DNA from: Chrysomallon squamiferum
Lineage: Eukaryota > Animalia > Mollusca
Reading direction: 5' to 3'
Assembly: GCA_012295275.1 (NCBI GenBank)
Contig: CM022677.1
Location: forward strand, 19,406,001 to 19,470,000
Length of the DNA: 64,000 nucleotides
This document shows positions 13,361 to 27,693 of the stretch, in pieces. The position numbers and the translations under genes were made by a program. Every line of letters starts with the position of its first letter. Positions within the stretch are counted from its first letter, which is position 1. A model generated the notes under the pieces. That model saw nothing but the letters and a program-made list of their open reading frames with translations. It did no database searches and was not told where the DNA came from.

Positions 13361-13913
13361 CTTCTAAAAAATCTCTCTCTCTTTGTGATTGGCCCAGTTT
13401 TTGTATAAACTTAAAAAAAAAAAAAAAAATGTTTTTTTTTTTTTTTTTATTATTTGTTTGCTGATGATTAAGCATCAGACATTCTTCTCATCTTGCCTTG
13501 CCAAATGGAAGTTCTGCCTTAATGGACAATCTAAAAAGGTCAAGGACATTGTTGTACTGTTTTTTTGACAAGATGCTGGGCCGACGTTACGAGACCGCGC
13601 CATTATCTTGTTCCTTATGCCAGCCACAACTTTATCTACTCATTTGTATTAACTACAGAGTGACATCCCTTTGCTTGTCGGGAGAGTGATCTCCCTTCGT
13701 TTTACCAGGTGAATGCTTATATATTTTTATTCTTTATTTTTTTTTTTTTTTTTTTTTTTATTATTATTTTTTTTTTTTTTTTCGGTTTATTTAATTATTT
13801 ATTTATTTATTCTTTCTTTATTTATTTTTTTTTTTTTTTCTGGACATGTATAAACTTTTTTCAATGGCTGGCCAAAGGGGAAAAGAAAAAAAAAAAAAAA
13901 AAAAAAATTTAAA

Positions 13914-13948
<35 letters not shown>

Positions 13949-13950
13949 AA

Positions 13951-14085
<135 letters not shown>

Positions 14086-14418
14086 AATATATATGAAATT
14101 AGAACAAAGTGTAATATGTGCTTTAATTGTGGCAGACTAGTAACAGATTGGTTATTTTTTTTATTTATTTATTTTTTTTTTTTTTTTGCTGGAAAAAACT
14201 GATTTCACTTTGGAACCTGTGTCTGTCTCTTGTCTCTCTCTCTCTCTCCCCCCCCACCCAGAATCTGCGGAGGGATTGGAGGAAGGAGACAGGTTTCACC
14301 TTTGTTGTTATGTATTTTAAAAAAAAAAAAAAGGAAAGAAAGAAAGAAAAAAAACCAATACATATTTTATAAAAAGAAAAAAAATACGAAACGGGAAGAA
14401 AAAAACGGAAGAAAAAAG

Positions 14419-14461
<43 letters not shown>

Positions 14462-14498
14462 GTGTGTGTATATATATGTATATGTATATGCATATATG

Positions 14499-14543
<45 letters not shown>

Positions 14544-14806
14544 CGGTGCAATTTTTTCTAGAACAGAATTGGCTGTATAAACTACAATAATGATGCAAGT
14601 ACTTGGTTCCTGTCCCTTGTTGTGTATGTATATTAATTTACAAGATGTTTTATTGAGATAATGGTTCAAACCCTTGGTTTCTATCTCTCTGTAGTCAAGG
14701 GAAACGTATATTTTATTTTGTATACTATCTAAAGCTTGGCACAGTTTTGATTTGTATATAGATAATGTTATGACATAAACAAAACAAAAAAAAAATTACA
14801 AAAACA

Positions 14807-14854
<48 letters not shown>

Positions 14855-15600
14855 AAAAAGAAAAATTTGGATGGATAAAAAAAAAAATGTGAAAAATTGT
14901 CATTTGTGGCATTAATCATGTTCACTCATTTTTACTTTTTATTATTATTAATTTTTTTTTTTTTTTTTTTTTAAATTTTCTCTATCTAAATCTGATGTTT
15001 AAAAATTATTTTTCCTTTTTTTTTAAAAAAGAAACAACATCTCGACAAAATCATATTTAATTCTTTTCTTTTTTTTTTTTTTTTTTTTCTAAATGTTACC
15101 AAAATGGCTGGTAACCATGGTAACCAGTTGTTTTTTTAATCAGTTAAAAATAAATTTATAAGAAAAAGTATATCGAGATTAAAATTTATAATATCTTTCA
15201 GATCATGTTTATAACAACAATGTTCTGCAAGAAAAAAAAAAATGTTGATAGCTTGAATGAAAAATTTGGTATTAATTTAAAATTAAAATGTTCACCTTTT
15301 AATTAATTAAGAAAGGAAAAAAAAAAAAAAAAAAAAAAAAAGGGTTATTATAAATAAATAAAAAATAATGATAAAATGACTAAACACAAATTGACAAAAG
15401 TTTTGCCACCAGTTAATAATAACCACCCACTTGCTGAATGGATTTTGAAATGAATATTTAGTTTTGATATCATAAAAATAAAAATAATAAAATAGATTCA
15501 GTCTACTTCAGTTGAATTTTGTAATGCTAATAGTTATCCATTTATTATAAAGGCTCGTTAATGTTAAAATGTAAACGAAAAGAAAGAAAGAAAAATAATG

Positions 15601-15800
15601 TCAGCTGTATTTTTATGATACAGATATCTATTAGAAAGTTTCAGCTGTATTTTTATGATACAGATATCTATTAGAAAGTTTCAGCTGTATTTTTATGATA
15701 CGGATATCTATTAGAAAGTTTCAGCTGTATTTTTATGATACGGATATCTATTAGATAGTTTCAGCTGTATTTTTATGATACAGAGATCTGTTAGAAAGTG
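15601..15800. repeat. 40-bp minisatellite x5
   Basis: TCAGCTGTATTTTTATGATACAGATATCTATTAGAAAGTT in five near-identical tandem copies. Confidence 0.97.
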
Positions 15801-16843
15801 TCATTACTACAGTTCAGATAATATTAAAAAGTAAACAGAAAGAAAAACAAAATTCAGCTGAATTATTTTGAAGGTTCATAAAAAGTAATATTGAAAAATA
15901 AATTCAACTGTGTAAAAGTTACCTATTGTAAAACCTGGTTACCACAGTCTTCTGTAGATGATGTTTTAAAAGAATGTAAATTGTAAATTTATGAATTATG
16001 TAAGTACAGTCATCCATTCTCTGATAACAGCCATATATTCTTTTTATTTTTCTCTTTTTTGTTTAAAAAAAAAAAAAAAAACAAAACAAGCAAAATACAA
16101 GTGACGTAAATTTTTGATATGAGAAAAAGTGGTTACTGTTTTTAAATTGAGTATGTCTGTTTATACTGTTTGTTGTGGCATGTCTAGAAATATTGTTGCC
16201 TCATCATAATAACATTACCCATTTTGTCTGTCTGTCTGTCTGTCTGTCTGCAACACCTTATTTTTTAATTTTTTTTCCATTATACTGTGTAAAATAAATT
16301 TACGATTTTTAAACAAAACAAAAAACGGTTGCAAAGACTGACAAAGAGTTTTTGCAATTTAACGTTTTTGATGATGCTTTGTATATTTAAAAAGAACCTA
16401 TATAGAATCTCTTAATTCTTAATATTATTTATTTATTTTATTTATTTAATTTTTATTTTTATTTTCAGTTTTCCTTTTTCTTCGATGGTTGTTTATATAC
16501 TTTTTTTTTTTTTCATTTTCATTTTGTATCTCATCAAATGTACCGACATTTAAATAATTGAATGTAAATGTTATTTAAAAAGGAGTTAATTCAACCTCAG
16601 CTTTGCAAACATGTCAATGTACTCTATATGAAGTGTGCACTTTGTATCAGGATTTTTACAATGATTTGGGATAATTAATTATAGTTATGACTGTAGAAGC
16701 ATGAAATGATAAAAGACTGAACTGAAAGCTTATTTTTATTTTGTAAATTTTATTTTTCACATGCAGAAATGCTTACATGAACTGATTTACCGACAGAAAT
16801 TTCAATGAATTTTATTAATATCTTTTTCCTCAAACCTTGCATT

Positions 16844-17044
16844 GACCAATGAGCTTGAACTACTGTCACATGACACTTTTACAGACCAATCAAACTGCAG
16901 ATGAGTCGCGCATGTCTCCCCTCACAATCCTTGACCAATAGGATTGTGTTATAACTGTCATGTGACCGACTTCACTAGCCTTGACCAATGAGATTGCGTA
17001 ACTAGAGTCACATGTAATGTGTAGTAAAGAGAAAGACCAATGAG
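16844..17044 (+). promoter_or_regulatory. cluster of five CCAAT boxes, three paired with GTCACATGAC/GTCATGTGAC-type E/M-boxes
   Basis: GACCAAT at 16844, 16884, 16933, 16983 and 17035; E-boxes at 16865, 16957 and 17007. Motifs are seen; function is inferred. Confidence 0.45.
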
Positions 17045-17366
17045 ATCTTGCCAGTCGATTGAGTAATGGAATAATATAATGTAGGGAAAGATGTCTCTTT
17101 GTTTGTTTATAGCTTGTTTAATTTTATCGATTTATTTTTTCAAATTAGTAGAAATTGTTAACTCAACTCTCTTGCCAAATTTTTATATTTAGAATACTAA
17201 CTCTAAACATTTTAGGTTTATTTCAGAAGCTTGTTAAAAAAATAAACCAGACATATTAATTGCAACATTATGTATAAAAAAAATTAAAAAAAAGTATATA
17301 CAAAATAATTTTTAAAAATAAAATAATTAAAAATCATATTTAAGCAATATTATAAATTTTAAAAAA

Positions 17367-17402
<36 letters not shown>

Positions 17403-18408
17403 TGCACAGCATATATAGTTACAATTATTCAATACTTATTTTTAATTCATTTTTTTCTTTCTTTTTTTTTTTTTTAAGTCAGATGATTTAGTTAATATTT
17501 AATGATGCATAATAAATTTGTCATATTTTTGTGATGTCCCGATACGCTGGCCTCTCTCTTACAATTGCTTTGAATGTTTGTTTACAAATGGTTGCTATGG
17601 AGATTGAATCCTTATTTCTTTGTAGGCTGGTTCTACCATTTGGCCAATATTTTAAAAAAAAAAAAAAAAAAAATGAAAACAATTTAAATATTTATAGATT
17701 TGCCGTAATCCAGTAATATACATTACTTTATTTTAATTTATTATTATTGATTTTTTTTTGTTTTTTAACATCTGTGTAAAATAAATTTTTATTGTTTAGT
17801 TTGAAAACTGGATTACAGCAAAACAGTTTTTTTATTATTATTTTTTTTTTTTTAATTTTAATTAATGACCTGTAATTTTCTTTTATTTATTTATTTTTTT
17901 TCAAATTTTGGGTACTTAAAAATCAAAATCTGAATTCAGTTTTTTTTTTTTTTTTTTTTTTTTATTTGTCCTCCTCATGTATTAACTTAAAGCTGTGCTA
18001 TACAATAATAACCTTAATTTTTATTTTTATTTTGTAAAAATATAAATGTTCATTCTAACAAGCTGGCAACTTGAATCATGTGCTGTTCATGTTATTCAAA
18101 TTATTCATGTGCAATGTAATTTTATTCAGAGCAATCTAAACTGTGCATTTAAATTTTTTTTTTTTCAAATTTTTGTTTGAGTGTAAATTTTGTGCAAATT
18201 CATTGAATGTGTGCATGCATGATGATGTGAGTGATATTTTGACGATAAAGAATCACGTGAAGTTCAATGTGGCTTTTTTTTTTTAAATGTTTAAATATAT
18301 ATTATATATAATATAAAATATGAATTTATGTACATTTGTTTAAACGGTTAGAATTTCAGCTTGTTTCAGAAATGCATAAAAAAATGTTAAGATTGACATG
18401 GCCAACAC

Positions 18409-18457
<49 letters not shown>

Positions 18458-19244
18458 ATTTTAATATAATAATAGGAAAGGAAAAACTCTGCCAAATATA
18501 ATAATAATAATAATAATAATAATGAATTAAATTGTAATAAATACTTTTATAAATAAGAATATGTGGTTTTGGGTGACTAAAAAAAAATATAACAGACATA
18601 CCCTAACAATATTATTTCATTCAATCAGGTTGCAAAAAAAAAAAAAAAAAAAATCCTTGAAATTTATAAATGTAGCTGGAATTAAAAATACTGCATGAAT
18701 CTCATATTTTCTGATAATTAAATTAAAAATATTATAAAGTCTTGATTTGTAATGCTAAAAGAAAATTAGGAAAAGAAATGTTTTTGGCATGAAGTATAGA
18801 AAATAGTAACATACTGTATAACTAAGGTTACAAAGCTTCATTTTTTTTTAATTATTATTTCATTTGTCTTAATTAAAAATGTTCTCTGTTTTGTATATTT
18901 TTATTCTTTTTTTGTTTTGTTTCTACATAATTGCTCAACTTGGTGTCTATTTTGTTATTATTTCTTTATTATTAATTATTAATTATTAATTATTATTATT
19001 ATTATTTCTGTCAGGCCCATTTTTCATGCACATAAATCTAGATTAAAATTTTAAAAAAAAAAAAAATATTTTATGATCAGAACTCAACCCCCATTATTAT
19101 TGCATGGAGAAATGTTTAAAAATCCATAATTTTAAAAAAATAACATTATTTCTTATTTAATTAAAAACTCCTAACATAACAAACCCTCTTAACTATTAAG
19201 ATATATAAATAATAACAATTTTTTAAATGGATTCAGTGTACAGC

Positions 19245-19530
19245 TGTAGCTGGATCCATAAAGCTTAAAATGGATCAGTGCATTTAAAAGTGTAGAACTA
19301 ATGTCAGATCCATGCTGACAGCTTGTATTGGATCCATCCAGTTCATGTGAAATTAGATCCACGTTGATATCTTGAACCGGATCTGCAGCTTAATTATAAA
19401 CTGGATCTACAGCTTAATGATAAACTGGATCTGCACTTTAATTAAAAACTAAAGAAATCCAAGTTTAAAAAAAAAAATTAAAAAAATGGATCTCTATTAG
19501 AATGGATCTCTCATGCATTTGGATGGATCT
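19245..19530. repeat. degenerate GGATC-core tandem repeat (~24 bp)
   Basis: CTGGATCT(G/A)CAGCTTAAT.ATAAA-like unit x3 at 19376-19450, plus many flanking GGATCC/GGATCT cores. Confidence 0.6.
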
Positions 19531-21139
19531 TCTTTTCAGTGTTTTCAATTCTGTGCTGCCCCCAAAATAATAACATTGATGATAATGATGATGATCATCA
19601 TCATCATAATCATTTAATGATAATGATAATATAACATTACATCCATGTGATAGTACAAGGGGTAACACCAGCAACATTATTGATATTTAATTTTTTAAAT
19701 TTAAAAAAAAAAAATATTTCTCTCTCTGTTACACACAGCAATGTCTAGCAGTCTCAGAGGGGGACATTGTATACAGCACTCCCCCCACACCCCAATCTTT
19801 TAACTTAAGTTTGTGTTTTTGCTCACACCTTCATTTTTGCTTTTTTTTTTTTTTTTTTTTTAATTGTTTTGAGGGACACAGTTTTTAATTGATGCTCAAT
19901 AATTGTAAAATTATTATTATTATTTTTTTTGTAAGGTTTGTTTTTCGGGGGTTGGAGATAAGATGTGTTGCTTTTCATGGTTGTGGTCTATTTATTCAAC
20001 GGTTTTGTGACTGGGAGATTATAAATGATAATTATTTAAAGGGGGGTTGGAAGGTATTTTTTTTTTGAGAAAGAAACTAATAGATGTAAACAAAATTTCA
20101 TTCTAATTAATAGTTGTGAATATTTTAAAACAGTTAAATTTAATTACTGAATCTTAGATTCGAATAATTTAAATACAGTCTTAAAATTTGCCACTGACAT
20201 ACATTAAATCATTTTCATTTAAAAAAAAAAAAAAATATATATATTTGATCAGTTTGACTTTACAGTCCAGGCATAGATTAGGATTAAAAGATTAAAAGAA
20301 TTAATAATTTCATTTCCATTTACAAATTCTGACTAAATCGGTAAACAGAAAGTTTGAATTTTCAACGTTAAATAATTTTTTTTTTTTTAAATTAACGAAA
20401 TTTAATACATTTCTTTCTCTTTTATTTTCATTTTTATTTTTCTGCTAAATATCTAAATTAAAAAGACACACACACAAAAAAAAAATAGATAACTGAAAAA
20501 CAGAGAAAAATAAAAGGTTTAGAATGGTTATTGAGAGAATAACATTTGGAATGGGAGGAGAGAAACATTTAAGAATAAAAATAGAATTAACTAAGGCAGC
20601 TATTGGGTTAAAACTGAAAATTTCAAAAAAGATCATTTTAAAAAAAGACTTAGTGTTTACATATTATAATTTTATTTTAATTCATTTTTTTTAATTACAT
20701 CTACAAAGATTTCTGGGCAATATTTGTCATAATAGAAACAAAAACGCATAAACCTTTTTATTTGTTTATTTATTTCATGTTTTTAATTTAATATTGATTT
20801 TCATTTTTTTTTATTATTATTATTAGTTATTTGCATAATGCAATAGGTTAAAATAATCAGAACTTGAATTTTCTAAAAATATAAATAAATAAAAAAAAAT
20901 ATATATATATATATATTTACAGAAATTTAGAACAGATAACAAAAATAAAAGTAAAAAAAATGAAAGTAAACTCCATCTTGAATATTCAGTGGCCAGCTCC
21001 ATAGTTTGAATCCAGAAACATTATTAAAATATTTATTTTATTTTTCCTTTTTTAAAAAAACAACAACATAATAATAAAAATCCTCTGTTACAATTGACTC
21101 TTAGTTATGCAATGTGTAATTACAACCTACCAAATATCA

Positions 21140-21630
21140 ACTGTTGATGGACAAATTTTTTTTTTCGACTGAATTGATGAAGGATTCTGGACATAATAGA
21201 CAATTTATAAAGAGGTTGATGAAGGATAATGGATTTAGGTTGACGAAACAATTAAAACTGTTGACAGACCTGTTTATAAAAAAAAAAAAAAAAAGGATTC
21301 TAGAATACATTTGTTGATGAAGGATTTTTAAGCAATGTATAAGTTGAGGAAGGATTTCATTGTTTTTGACTGAAGGACACTAAAACTGATCTCGTAGGAT
21401 TTTAGACAGCATTCAACACTTGAGGGATATTAACTTGTCAATGTTAATGTTTCAACTGGACGTTATATATCAGCATAAACATACTCGATAGCAGACACTA
21501 AATGTTAATATATTGCTTCTTGATAATGTATATTATTAATATATCAGTTATTGATGAAGAATATTAGCTTAAGTATTTTCAATGGTTGATGAAATATATT
21601 ATTCTGTCAACTGTTGATGAAATTTCTTAT
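21140..21630. repeat. degenerate GTTGATGAAGGA repeat, ~10 copies
   Basis: The motif recurs at ~21142, 21173, 21213, 21238, 21312, 21343, 21550, 21584 and 21612. Confidence 0.65.
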
Positions 21631-21933
21631 TGATATTAGATTGTTACCATTGGCCAAATATTAATCCTGTGTATCTTTTTTTTTTTTTTTTTTTTTTTTT
21701 CTTTTGCTGTTTCAAATGCATTATTTATGTTAGGATTCAGATTATGCAGAAACTAAATGATATATGATCATTGTATTTAAATTTTTATTTCATTTAAAAT
21801 TGTCTTACTTCATTTTTTTTTTTTTTTTTTTTTTCTTTTTCTTCCTAATTTGTCATTCAATCAAGTTACATATTCCCGATTATTTATTGTTACTTTCTTT
21901 TCTTTTTCTTTTTTTTTTTTTTTTTTTTTTTCA

Positions 21934-21976
<43 letters not shown>

Positions 21977-22214
21977 TTTCCTCCCAGGACACTGTTGTGT
22001 AATTTTGACAGGAGCTGTAAAACATTTTTTGTAGTACTTTTTTTTTTGTAGAAATTTGCGTACGAGTGTGTGTGCGTATGTGCGTGCGATGTCTAGCATG
22101 AGTCTTTTGCACACGTTTACTCTTTTTTTTTAATTATTATAATTATTGTTGTGTACTGTCACAGAGGCTTTGTGAATTTCATTACAGACGTTGCTTAGAA
22201 TTTTGATCTGGAAT

Positions 22215-22262
<48 letters not shown>

Positions 22263-22445
22263 TAATTAATTAATTAAAAAATTTAGAACGTTTGCAGAAG
22301 TCATAACCATTTAAAAGTAAAAGTTAAGAACAAAATTCTTTCTCCAAGGATCATTTTGATACTTAACTATTTTTTAAAATTTTTATCTATTTATTTATTT
22401 ATTTATTTATTATTTGTGCTTTCTGATCCAGAAGGTTCATTCATC

Positions 22446-22479
<34 letters not shown>

Positions 22480-22662
22480 GCTCTATTGGTGAAAACACGT
22501 TTAATTTTAATGTTTTTTTGTTTTGTTTTGTTTTTTCTCAAAGTGAGATCAAAGTTACGAGTTCCGCCTGTACTGAAATTTATTCAAGTCTCCAGCTCGT
22601 GTGATAAACATATTATCTTAGTTATTGAGACTGCCAAAACGACATGGTGGGCTTTTCTTGTA

Positions 22663-22677
22663 TCGCCATCTGGTGGC
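22663..22677 (-). promoter_or_regulatory. CTCF-like site
   Basis: The minus strand reads GCCACCAGATGGCGA, matching the CTCF core CCACCAGRKGGCR; it lies between the convergent genes. Confidence 0.5.
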
Positions 22678-22776
22678 AAAACATGAGAATCTATTCTCAA
22701 CAATTATCTTTGTGACATCCCATAATATAATATGTCGTATGTGTTTGAATGAAGTAAAACAAAAGAAAAAAAAATT

Positions 22777-22840
22777 AATAAAAAAAAGAGAATAACAACC
22801 CCTTTTTTAATACAGATGAGTGTTTTGTTGTTTGTTCCAG
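22777..22840 (+). terminator. candidate distal polyadenylation signal of Gq
   Basis: AATAAA at 22777, followed ~40 nt later by the GT-rich GTGTTTTGTTGTTTGTT; no exon is seen between the Gq stop and this point. Confidence 0.35.
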
Positions 22841-22868
22841 GTCAGCCGAAATACTTTAGTCAAATTAA

Positions 22869-22898
22869 TGACGTCAGTTAGTAAAATTAATGACGTCA
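22869..22898. promoter_or_regulatory. two perfect CRE palindromes 22 bp apart
   Basis: TGACGTCA at 22869 and 22891 within a 22-bp direct duplication. Confidence 0.4.
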
Positions 22899-23590
22899 GT
22901 AACATTAATCATTTAATTCTTGTTAAGAAGGAAGATACGTTTTTATTTGAAGGCTAATTTTTTTTAATTTTTTAATTTTTTTATGTGACATGGTAGCTAA
23001 AACACTGGATAATGGAGAATATTATTAATGTGTATTAATTTCAATTAAGTAGACATTGCTTAAGATATTTTAATGATCTATAGCAAGTGAATTGTTTTAT
23101 TTCGAATAAACATTTTCAATGACCCATTTCATGACCATTGGATGGGAAACTATGTAATAAACGAAAAAAAACAACAAAAAAATAGAAATAAAAAGATTAA
23201 GAAAACAACAACAAAAACGTAACAAATAAAAACACAAATAAACAAACAATAAAAAAAAAAAAATAAATAAATAAAAAATAACACAACAGAATTAATTTTT
23301 AAAAGAAACGGTGACCCTCGGCCAATCGCTAAGGGAAATAATCAGATTTATGGCATACGATCAGAGTAACCGTTCCTTGATTATTACTGTAAAATTTGCA
23401 TTTCAAGGAAGAACTGTTTGTAAATGATGATAATAAACAAGTAACAAAACAGACGAATATTTAAATTTTTTAAAATTGAAAACACTTTCTTTTTGTGAAA
23501 TATAATTTATTCTTGAGCAAAACAACTTTTTTTTTTTATAATATGATTCATTACATTCGTTCATAAATATTAACTGCATATTCAAGAAAT

Positions 23591-23656
<66 letters not shown>

Positions 23657-23689
23657 AATTACAAACGAACTAACTGGAAAAGGTTCGAA

Positions 23690-24700
23690 ATGTTCGCAAA
23701 GCTTCAGTCGAATGACTTAATGGCATCATATTTCTGAAGAAAATTTATGCACAGAATTATTTGTGTCCGAGTTAAGCGTCATCATGAGATAAACAGATTA
23801 TCCTACTGAACATTATAAACACTTCCTCAGACACTTCTTTTTATCTGGCATAAATTCTGACAGTCAGAAAAAAGACTGCTTTAAAGGCGACATTTGACAC
23901 AAAAAAAAGTAAATAAATAAATCCTTTACTTTTTCAAAAGCTGAAGAATCTGCAAACGAACAAATAACGAAGTCCCAGACAAAAAATATACAAAAGAAGA
24001 CAAAAGCTTCAACAGAAACAAGGGCAAAAGATATTTCACCCTACTCGTGGGCATAGCCAGAAACACACTCAATCTGTCACTTCCAGACGTACACCCTGAC
24101 AGAACCTTCTGCTGTTGTCGAGGGTAACGTAAATAAAGGCGAGCAATACCAAGGCAGAAATGAAACGCGTCACATTTCGCCAAAAAAAAAAACGTTTCTG
24201 TAATAAGATAAAGCAGATCCATGACACTGAAACTAAAGAAAATGAAAGCGTGCAGACAACAAACTGACCATGTGGTTCCTAGGATCAGTCAAAGTCGCAC
24301 AACTAAATGATATCATTAACATGATGTCATTAAAGAGAAAGCAGATCTGTGATTGTGAAATTGAAAATAAAAAATAAATAAATAAATAAATAAATAAAAT
24401 AAAATAAAATAAATAATGAAAGCAATGCTGTGTTCCTAAGTTTAGTCGAAGCCATATCACTAAATGGTGACATTAACCTGATATCGGTGAAAGAGAAAGC
24501 GACAGTTGGTGTGTAGACATCAGTACAGACACATGGACAGACAGACACAGGTTCACCGCAAGTTTAACTCTGGAACAGAAACAAACATTATCCCAAAAGC
24601 AGTGTTTGAACAGTTGTTTCCAAAACAACATCAGTTGAATATACCCACAAGTTAAGCTGTACGCTTATGGGGGCTTCAAGATTCCCAGCAATTGAAATGG
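23690..24700 (+). mobile_element. decayed Ty3/Gypsy LTR-retrotransposon gag-protease relic
   Basis: Piecewise translation gives gag-like FVSELSVIMR*TDYPTEHYKHFLRHFFLSGINSDSQKKDCFK, zinc-knuckle debris HPDRTFC...HFAKK, and retropepsin-like QVHRKFNSGTETNIIPKAVFEQL...VKLYAYGGFKIP; multiple stops and frameshifts. Confidence 0.75.
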
Positions 24701-24910
24701 AACTAGAAATGCTTTCTTGTCGTAAAATAAAAGGCGGGTATGTAAAGTGCATTAGCTGTAAGAACTGTGGTACTGACAAGCTACACATGCGCAGTTGAGA
24801 CTACCAACAAGGTCGCAGGCACAATGTAATAAAAGATAAAATATATGATGCCACACTATTACTAATGGTCATTCGTCATCTTCAAACACTACTCATAAAC
24901 AGTATTACAT

Positions 24911-24956
<46 letters not shown>

Positions 24957-25387
24957 TATATATATATATATATATAGGGGCGGGGAAATGTCTTTCGTAA
25001 AGTCAAAACTTTATATCTAAAACCAGCGGATAAAATCTAAAATCTAAACAAAATTGTCAGTTAATATTTTTGGAAATTACTTACGTCAATGTAATCGGCA
25101 GACATGTTTTGATTAAGATGACGTAAGAATTACGTCGTCATAACAAGGCAAATGGCGGCCTGGAACCATTACTTTTCCGCTAACAAGTCAGTTATTTAAA
25201 CATTTTAAGTCACTGCAAAGTGTTCTTCAAGAAAATATTTGATAAAAAAAGAAGAAAAAAAAGTAACTAACAAATGAACATTTTAAACAACGTAATTTTT
25301 TATTGTAATTTATTTGCTGCTTGCTGTTAAAACGTAACCAATATTTTTTCCAGTGTCATTGTTAATGTATTATTTCTTTTATTTTTA

Positions 25388-25418
<31 letters not shown>

Positions 25419-26300
25419 TTATTATTATTATTATTAATTAATTAATTTATTTATTTATTTATAGACAGGGGCAGAACAATATTACAAAAGGTCTTTTCTG
25501 AAAGGATACTGCTTTTATCGTGATTATTATTACTACAAGCATATTAGTAGTAGGCTAGTAAAAAGTTAAAGTAATAGTGGAGGCCATTGTCATCACGGTA
25601 ACTAGTAGCTATAGTGTATTACTACTACTTGTACTACTAGTAGTAGTAGTTGTAGTAGTAGTAATTGTAGCAGGTATGCAGTCGTAACAGTAATACTGGT
25701 GGTGGTGATAGCAGTAGTAGTAGCAGTATGTTAGTGATTGTTCTAGTAGTAGTAGTAATAGTAGTAATAGAAGTAGTAGTAGCTGTAGTAGTAGTAGTAG
25801 TCATTGTAGCAACAGTAGAAGTAACAGCATTTTGGCAGTGGTAGTAGTAGTTGTAGTAGCAACAGCAGCACAGTAATAGTGTAGTAATATACATGTTCAA
25901 TAAATAAATAAATAAATATTGTAGAAAACTGTTAAAATGTTTATTAAGTTTAAGAAAATACTTTATAAGGAATGTCAATTTAAACAAAACAAAATTAAAA
26001 TATAATAATTTAAAAAAAAAATTATTCAAGTTATTCTGCATAATTTTAGTAATAAAGAGCTTAGTTATTAGAAACAAATACACAAAAATAAAAATATGAT
26101 TTTATCACAATGACTAGATGAGTACAAATCACAAATTAAATGAATAAAAAATGTCCCTGAATATTAAAGTTATTATGAACATTATGAAATAAAAAACAAA
26201 ATAAAATTTAAAAAAAAACATCATCAGTAATTTCTTTCTTGATATATATATACAGCTTATTTGTTTTTCATTTTTTTTATCATTTTTTATTCTTATTTTA

Positions 26301-26348
<48 letters not shown>

Positions 26349-27378
26349 TTATTATTATTTTCTTTCTTTTTCTATTTTGTAGATGCTTGTTTTATATAGG
26401 TTTTTTTTGTTTTTTTCAGATTTCTAAAATTAAATTCTTTTAAAATATTTTTCATTATTTTACTAATTTCTTTGGCACATCATTTAGATTTTCTTATCAT
26501 TTTTTTTTCACCTCTTGTTTAAAAAGAACCAGATTTGTATTTATACATTCTGTATCTTTTATACATTTATATTTTAGCAATTTTTTTACAAATATCACAG
26601 CTTTTATTAATAATACACAAATTTCATTTTTTTACATTTATATTTTAGCCATTTCTAATAAAATATAATGTTAACAAAACAATTAGTGAAAAATATCTTT
26701 CAAAAATATCTGCACTTTCACTCACTTTAATAATACTTGTGTTCTGAAATTCCTTTGAGCAAGTTTCAACATGTAAGTATTATAAAACTTTTCATTAATA
26801 TTATTCATTCAAGTTGAACAAAAATATCATTTTAATAACATTTTTTCTGAATTACATTTGAGCAATTTCTAACATTCATATTTACAAAAATTTCAGGAAT
26901 ATTATTAACTCATTTTTAATAATATCTCGATTTTTACTCATTTTTAAAAAATATCTAGATTTTTACTCATTTTTAAAAAAATCTAGATTTTTACTCACTC
27001 TGATAAAAATATCTTTTCTGTATTATAATTTAGCTATTTTTAATATTATCTTTATTTCTGAAAGTATTAATCATACATTTGCATCACTCTTCAATTTTTC
27101 GAATCAAGGAACAATATCATTAGTTTCAAAACTAGTCCTTTCTGCATTATAAATTAATTCCTTTTAATATTACTTTTATTTCAAAAAAACAATTCATTCG
27201 CTTCATTCTCCAATTCCTCATCACTTTCTAAACCACTCAAAATCTTTACTGCACTATACATCAATCATTTTTTTTAATACAATCCTCTTTTCAAAAACAA
27301 TTCATCAAAATTCTTTTCGAAATACCAAACTTCACTGACGTTTCTTTTCTCAAATAGTAAACCTATTTTTTTTTAAAA

Positions 27379-27693
27379 TCACAAATCTGCTTTGTTCTCC
27401 AGTTCTTCGAAACAGCCGACGTTGTCGATATTTTCCAAACCTGTCGACACATCTGTGTCGCTGCTCTGAATCTCCCTCATCAACACCAACTGCTTCGAAC
27501 CCTGGACGAGGCTGCGCAGCGACGATGTCACCTTTTCGCAGTAGTAGTCGATGATTGTCAGCGAGCCGCGACATATGCCGACGATCTCCTGCAGCTTGTC
27601 GTCTTCGATGTAGTTGCAGTACTCGAGGTTGAGCTGTTCCAGGCTTGGGGCGTACACCGAAGAGCGATGAGGTAGATAGAGAGCTTCATATTC
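27379..27693 (-). CDS. LRR gene, last coding exon
   Basis: AG acceptor at 27695-27694; EYEALYLPHRSSVYAPSLEQLNLEYCNYIEDDKLQEIVGICRGSLTIIDYYCEKV...ENKADL-stop. Confidence 0.9.
   Translation of the reverse strand, partial: EYEALYLPHRSSVYAPSLEQLNLEYCNYIEDDKLQEIVGICRGSLTIIDYYCEKVTSSLRSLVQGSKQLVLMREIQSSDTDVSTGLENIDNVGCFEELENKADL

Noticed and set aside
15601-15800. 40-bp repeat as a CRISPR-like array
   Set aside because: Head-to-tail identical units without spacers and no cas genes; an ordinary minisatellite.
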